A stretch of DNA of 64,000 nt from Nemertoderma westbladi (lineage: Eukaryota; Animalia; Xenacoelomorpha), in assembly GCA_032718475.1 (NCBI GenBank), contig JAUCBJ010008313.1:124001-188000 (forward strand), in the 5' to 3' direction. Positions 61,443 to 64,000 of the stretch are shown here, piece by piece. Numbering within the stretch: position 1 is the stretch's first letter; the number at the start of each line of letters is the position of its first letter. The notes under the pieces are model-generated. The model was not told the origin of the DNA. It saw only the letters and a list, made by a program, of their open reading frames with translations, and ran no database searches. A program made the position numbers and the translations under genes.

Positions 61443-62615
61443 TGTAAAAGCTTTTGCGGAATTAGCCGGTTATTTTCCCCGCAAAGTACTCTGTAGTTGG
61501 TTTAACGGGCATAAAAAGCCATATCCTTACTGTACTGGTGTTTTAGTGGACATAAAAAGCCATTTCTTCTGTATGTGTACTTTAGCGGACATAATTAGCA
61601 ATTCTATGTCACAATACGCTAAATCCTCTTGAAACAGTGTAGTTACTATGACGACAGCTAACAGCTGATCTGTACATGTGTAGCTTTTTCCTTGTTCTCT
61701 GGTGTTTGTTTGTTCGGTCAACCAATCAGAGCGATTCTCTTGCTTTTTGTACAGAAACCTCCGGGAAATCGCGCAATGCATTATGGGTCAATGTTTACCT
61801 TTTTTCCTGAGCCCAGAAGACCGGCTTTGGAATCTCTGTGTTTTCAGGCTTTAGCCCAACATTAGTAGGCTTAATTATAGAACGTATATCTGTTATCTAA
61901 TCAAACATACCATAACATATCATAACAATTCCTACCTTAACATTTTTACTGCTATTTACTGTCGGTAATTCATTATATCAGTTGATGGAATATTATTATA
62001 TTTGGAATATCGATAAATAATTACAAAACCCTCAATCTTCTTGATATACTGAAGGTAAGAGAGACTGGTTACATATAACGATTGCGACTTACATTAAAGT
62101 GGTTTTGAAGTGAATCTAATGCTATTTCATAGGCACTACAAGTATCGGTTGTTGTTCTCTTTATATGTGACTAAAATTAGTGAAGGTCGGCAGATCGGTG
62201 TGCAGCATTGTGCAGTAGTGTGTATGATTGTGACTGATAACAAAGCATCTCCTAAAGAATGCGCTATATACGTGAATCCACAGCCATCCCGTTGTGTCTA
62301 GTTTAAGTCATAACTCTGTTTACATATTTAGAGCGCCACTTCCTAAAGGAACTGTTAATATTTCCCGAAAGTGAATAATATTTGTCAGAGATTATATATT
62401 ACGATCAGTCGAATAATACAGTAGGCCTACACCGCAATAAGGTTAGGCTTCCGAATCCAGTCTCCCGGGTATATCCAGCGGGTGAATGGTCGCGCATAGA
62501 CTGGCTTCGGCTAATGTAGTATATCAAATACTCGTCATAGGCTAAAGTCGATTTATTATCTAGAAGACATCCAAATTTGGCAGGTTAAACTGCTAAAGGT
62601 CTGAAAGCGCGAACA
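61443..62615 (+). repeat. 3' LTR of BEL/Pao C (1173 bp)
   Basis: After PPT-like GGGAGCGG; TGTAAAAG...GCGAACA, then TSD. Confidence 0.95.
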
Positions 62616-62620
62616 ATATC

Positions 62621-62725
62621 TTTCCTTCGGGCATCACGTCCAACATATCTCTGAGGAACTCAGCGATAGGATGGTAAATGCTGCCGGGCATGGAGGTTAT
62701 TGGACGTAGGGGGACACCAGCCTTG
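62621..62725 (-). mobile_element. Penelope-like element, 5' remnant (RT N-terminal motifs)
   Basis: Minus strand reads KAGVPLRPITSMPGSIYHPIAEFLRDMLDVMPEGK, in frame with the RT left of 38689. Confidence 0.9.
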
Positions 62726-64000
62726 CAGGGACAATGAGGGAGATGGAGGATGAAGGAGCAGAGGAGCAGCTTAAGAGGCTGCTGAAGCAGGACTTCGAAG
62801 GATTAAAGGAGGCCGGGGTCGGAACCTCGGTAGAGGATAAACAAGCGATAGAAAGTGTAAAGGAGTTGATGAAGTGCGAAGAGGGACGGTACACCATAGG
62901 GATGGTGTGGAAACAACCTATGCTACCGTTGCCAGATAACAAAGCGATGGTACTCATGAGGCTTCGCAAGCTGAAGCAGACACTCAGACAGAGCCCCGAG
63001 AAGGATGAGTACATCCACAAGACAATTAAGACATACGTCGAGAAGGGATGGGCCGTGGAGTTACCGGGCGACGAACCAAACATGGACAGAACCTACTATC
63101 TGCCACTGCACGTGGCTTTAGACCCAAAGAAGGGTAAACTGCGGATGGTGGTCGACGCGTCGGCCAAAACGAATGGCAAGAGCCTAAACGACTATCTGCT
63201 TGAGGGCCCCAACATCTATAACTCGGGGATAGAGGTCCTTTTGAGATTCAGAAATGGGAGGCACGCCTTCACGTGTGACATTGAAGGCATGTTCAACCAA
63301 GTCCGTGTGACGGAAAAGGACAGCGACAGTCAGCGCTTCCTATGGTACAACAGTGACGAAGAACCATCTGCGATACCGATGTACAAAATGGTGGTGCAAA
63401 ACATGGGGGCCAAGTCATCCTCATTTACAATGACTATGGCTGTGAGAGATACGGTAGAGGGCAAAGAAGGAGAGTATAGTGCGAAGGCGATCGACATGAT
63501 TCGACATGGTTTCTATGTAGACGATGGGATGGGATGGGATCTGGAAACACGGTTGAAGAAATACTGGAGATAGGGCGCGAGGTTCGCGACATCCTAAAAG
63601 GATCCAGTTTCAACCTGAATAAGTTGCAGTCCAGCTCTGTGGAATTCGTGAAGGCCATAGAAGACAAACACCCAGAGTCGACCATGGACAACCCCACAAC
63701 AGCAAAGGGGCAGGATATGGCGAACAAGAGAGTGGAGTCTCAGCAGAAGGCGCTAGGGATCGTGTGGAACCATGAGACGGACGAATTGGAGTATCAACTG
63801 AGCCAAGAGGGTGCAGACATCCACACTAAGCGGGGCTATGTATCATACATGGCGGGTATCATACGCAAGGATATACGATCCCCTAGGCCTAGCATCCCCA
63901 TTGTTAGTCACGGGGAAACAGATACTAAAGAAAGTATACAAGTTAAAGGATGAGTGGGATACAGAGGTCCCGGAAGAAATAAGTAAACAGTGGAATAAGT
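62726..64000 (+). pseudogene. pol: BEL/Pao pol fragment D (RT), family close to element A; runs off the right edge
   Basis: YYLPLH, KLRMVVDAS, GPN, DIEGMF, FYVDD; ~63570-64000 is highly similar to ~23990-24410. Confidence 0.93.

Larger units (their letters stand above)
38689..62615 (+). mobile_element. Full-length BEL/Pao LTR retrotransposon C (LTR-gag-pol-ORF3-LTR) inserted in the Penelope RT
   Basis: Paired LTRs; TSD ATATC (38684-38688, 62616-62620); flanks rejoin to Penelope RT ...DVMPEGKI|STNSAG... Confidence 0.95.

Overview
This is eukaryotic (probably invertebrate animal) repeat-dense DNA with no recognisable host gene; nearly all of it is transposons nested inside each other, and many junctions can be resolved from target-site duplications (TSDs). 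Left nest: an APE-RT LINE (33481-~36940) was hit by a BEL/Pao LTR retrotransposon (A, 23990-33480). The pol gene of A was hit by a Polinton/Maverick (adintovirus-like) element (4640-23989, ending ...ACTACT). The Polinton carries RING, packaging ATPase, core proteins, an integrase/penton deletion-fusion, major capsid, cysteine protease, a DEDD-like ORF, a TBP-like gene, protein-primed PolB and a PC4-like gene. It was itself hit by BEL/Pao B (1-4639), a solo LTR, two TTAA DNA elements, an RTE LINE and a 104-bp insert. Right nest: a Penelope element was split by a complete BEL/Pao element (C, 38689-62615, ATATC TSD) that contains a piggyBac-like MITE and an intact L2/CR1-group LINE ORF. A further BEL pol (D) runs off the right edge. 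Two things stand out. (1) Two divergent BEL/Pao families (A and C) both carry, in the env position, a homologous third ORF with a WRN/Mut-7/EXD-like DEDDy 3'-5' exonuclease domain followed by three CCHC zinc knuckles. (2) The Polinton encodes a TATA-binding-protein-like ORF overlapping the end of polB, plus a PC4-like ORF upstream of polB. All domain calls come from motif recognition by eye; no searches were run.
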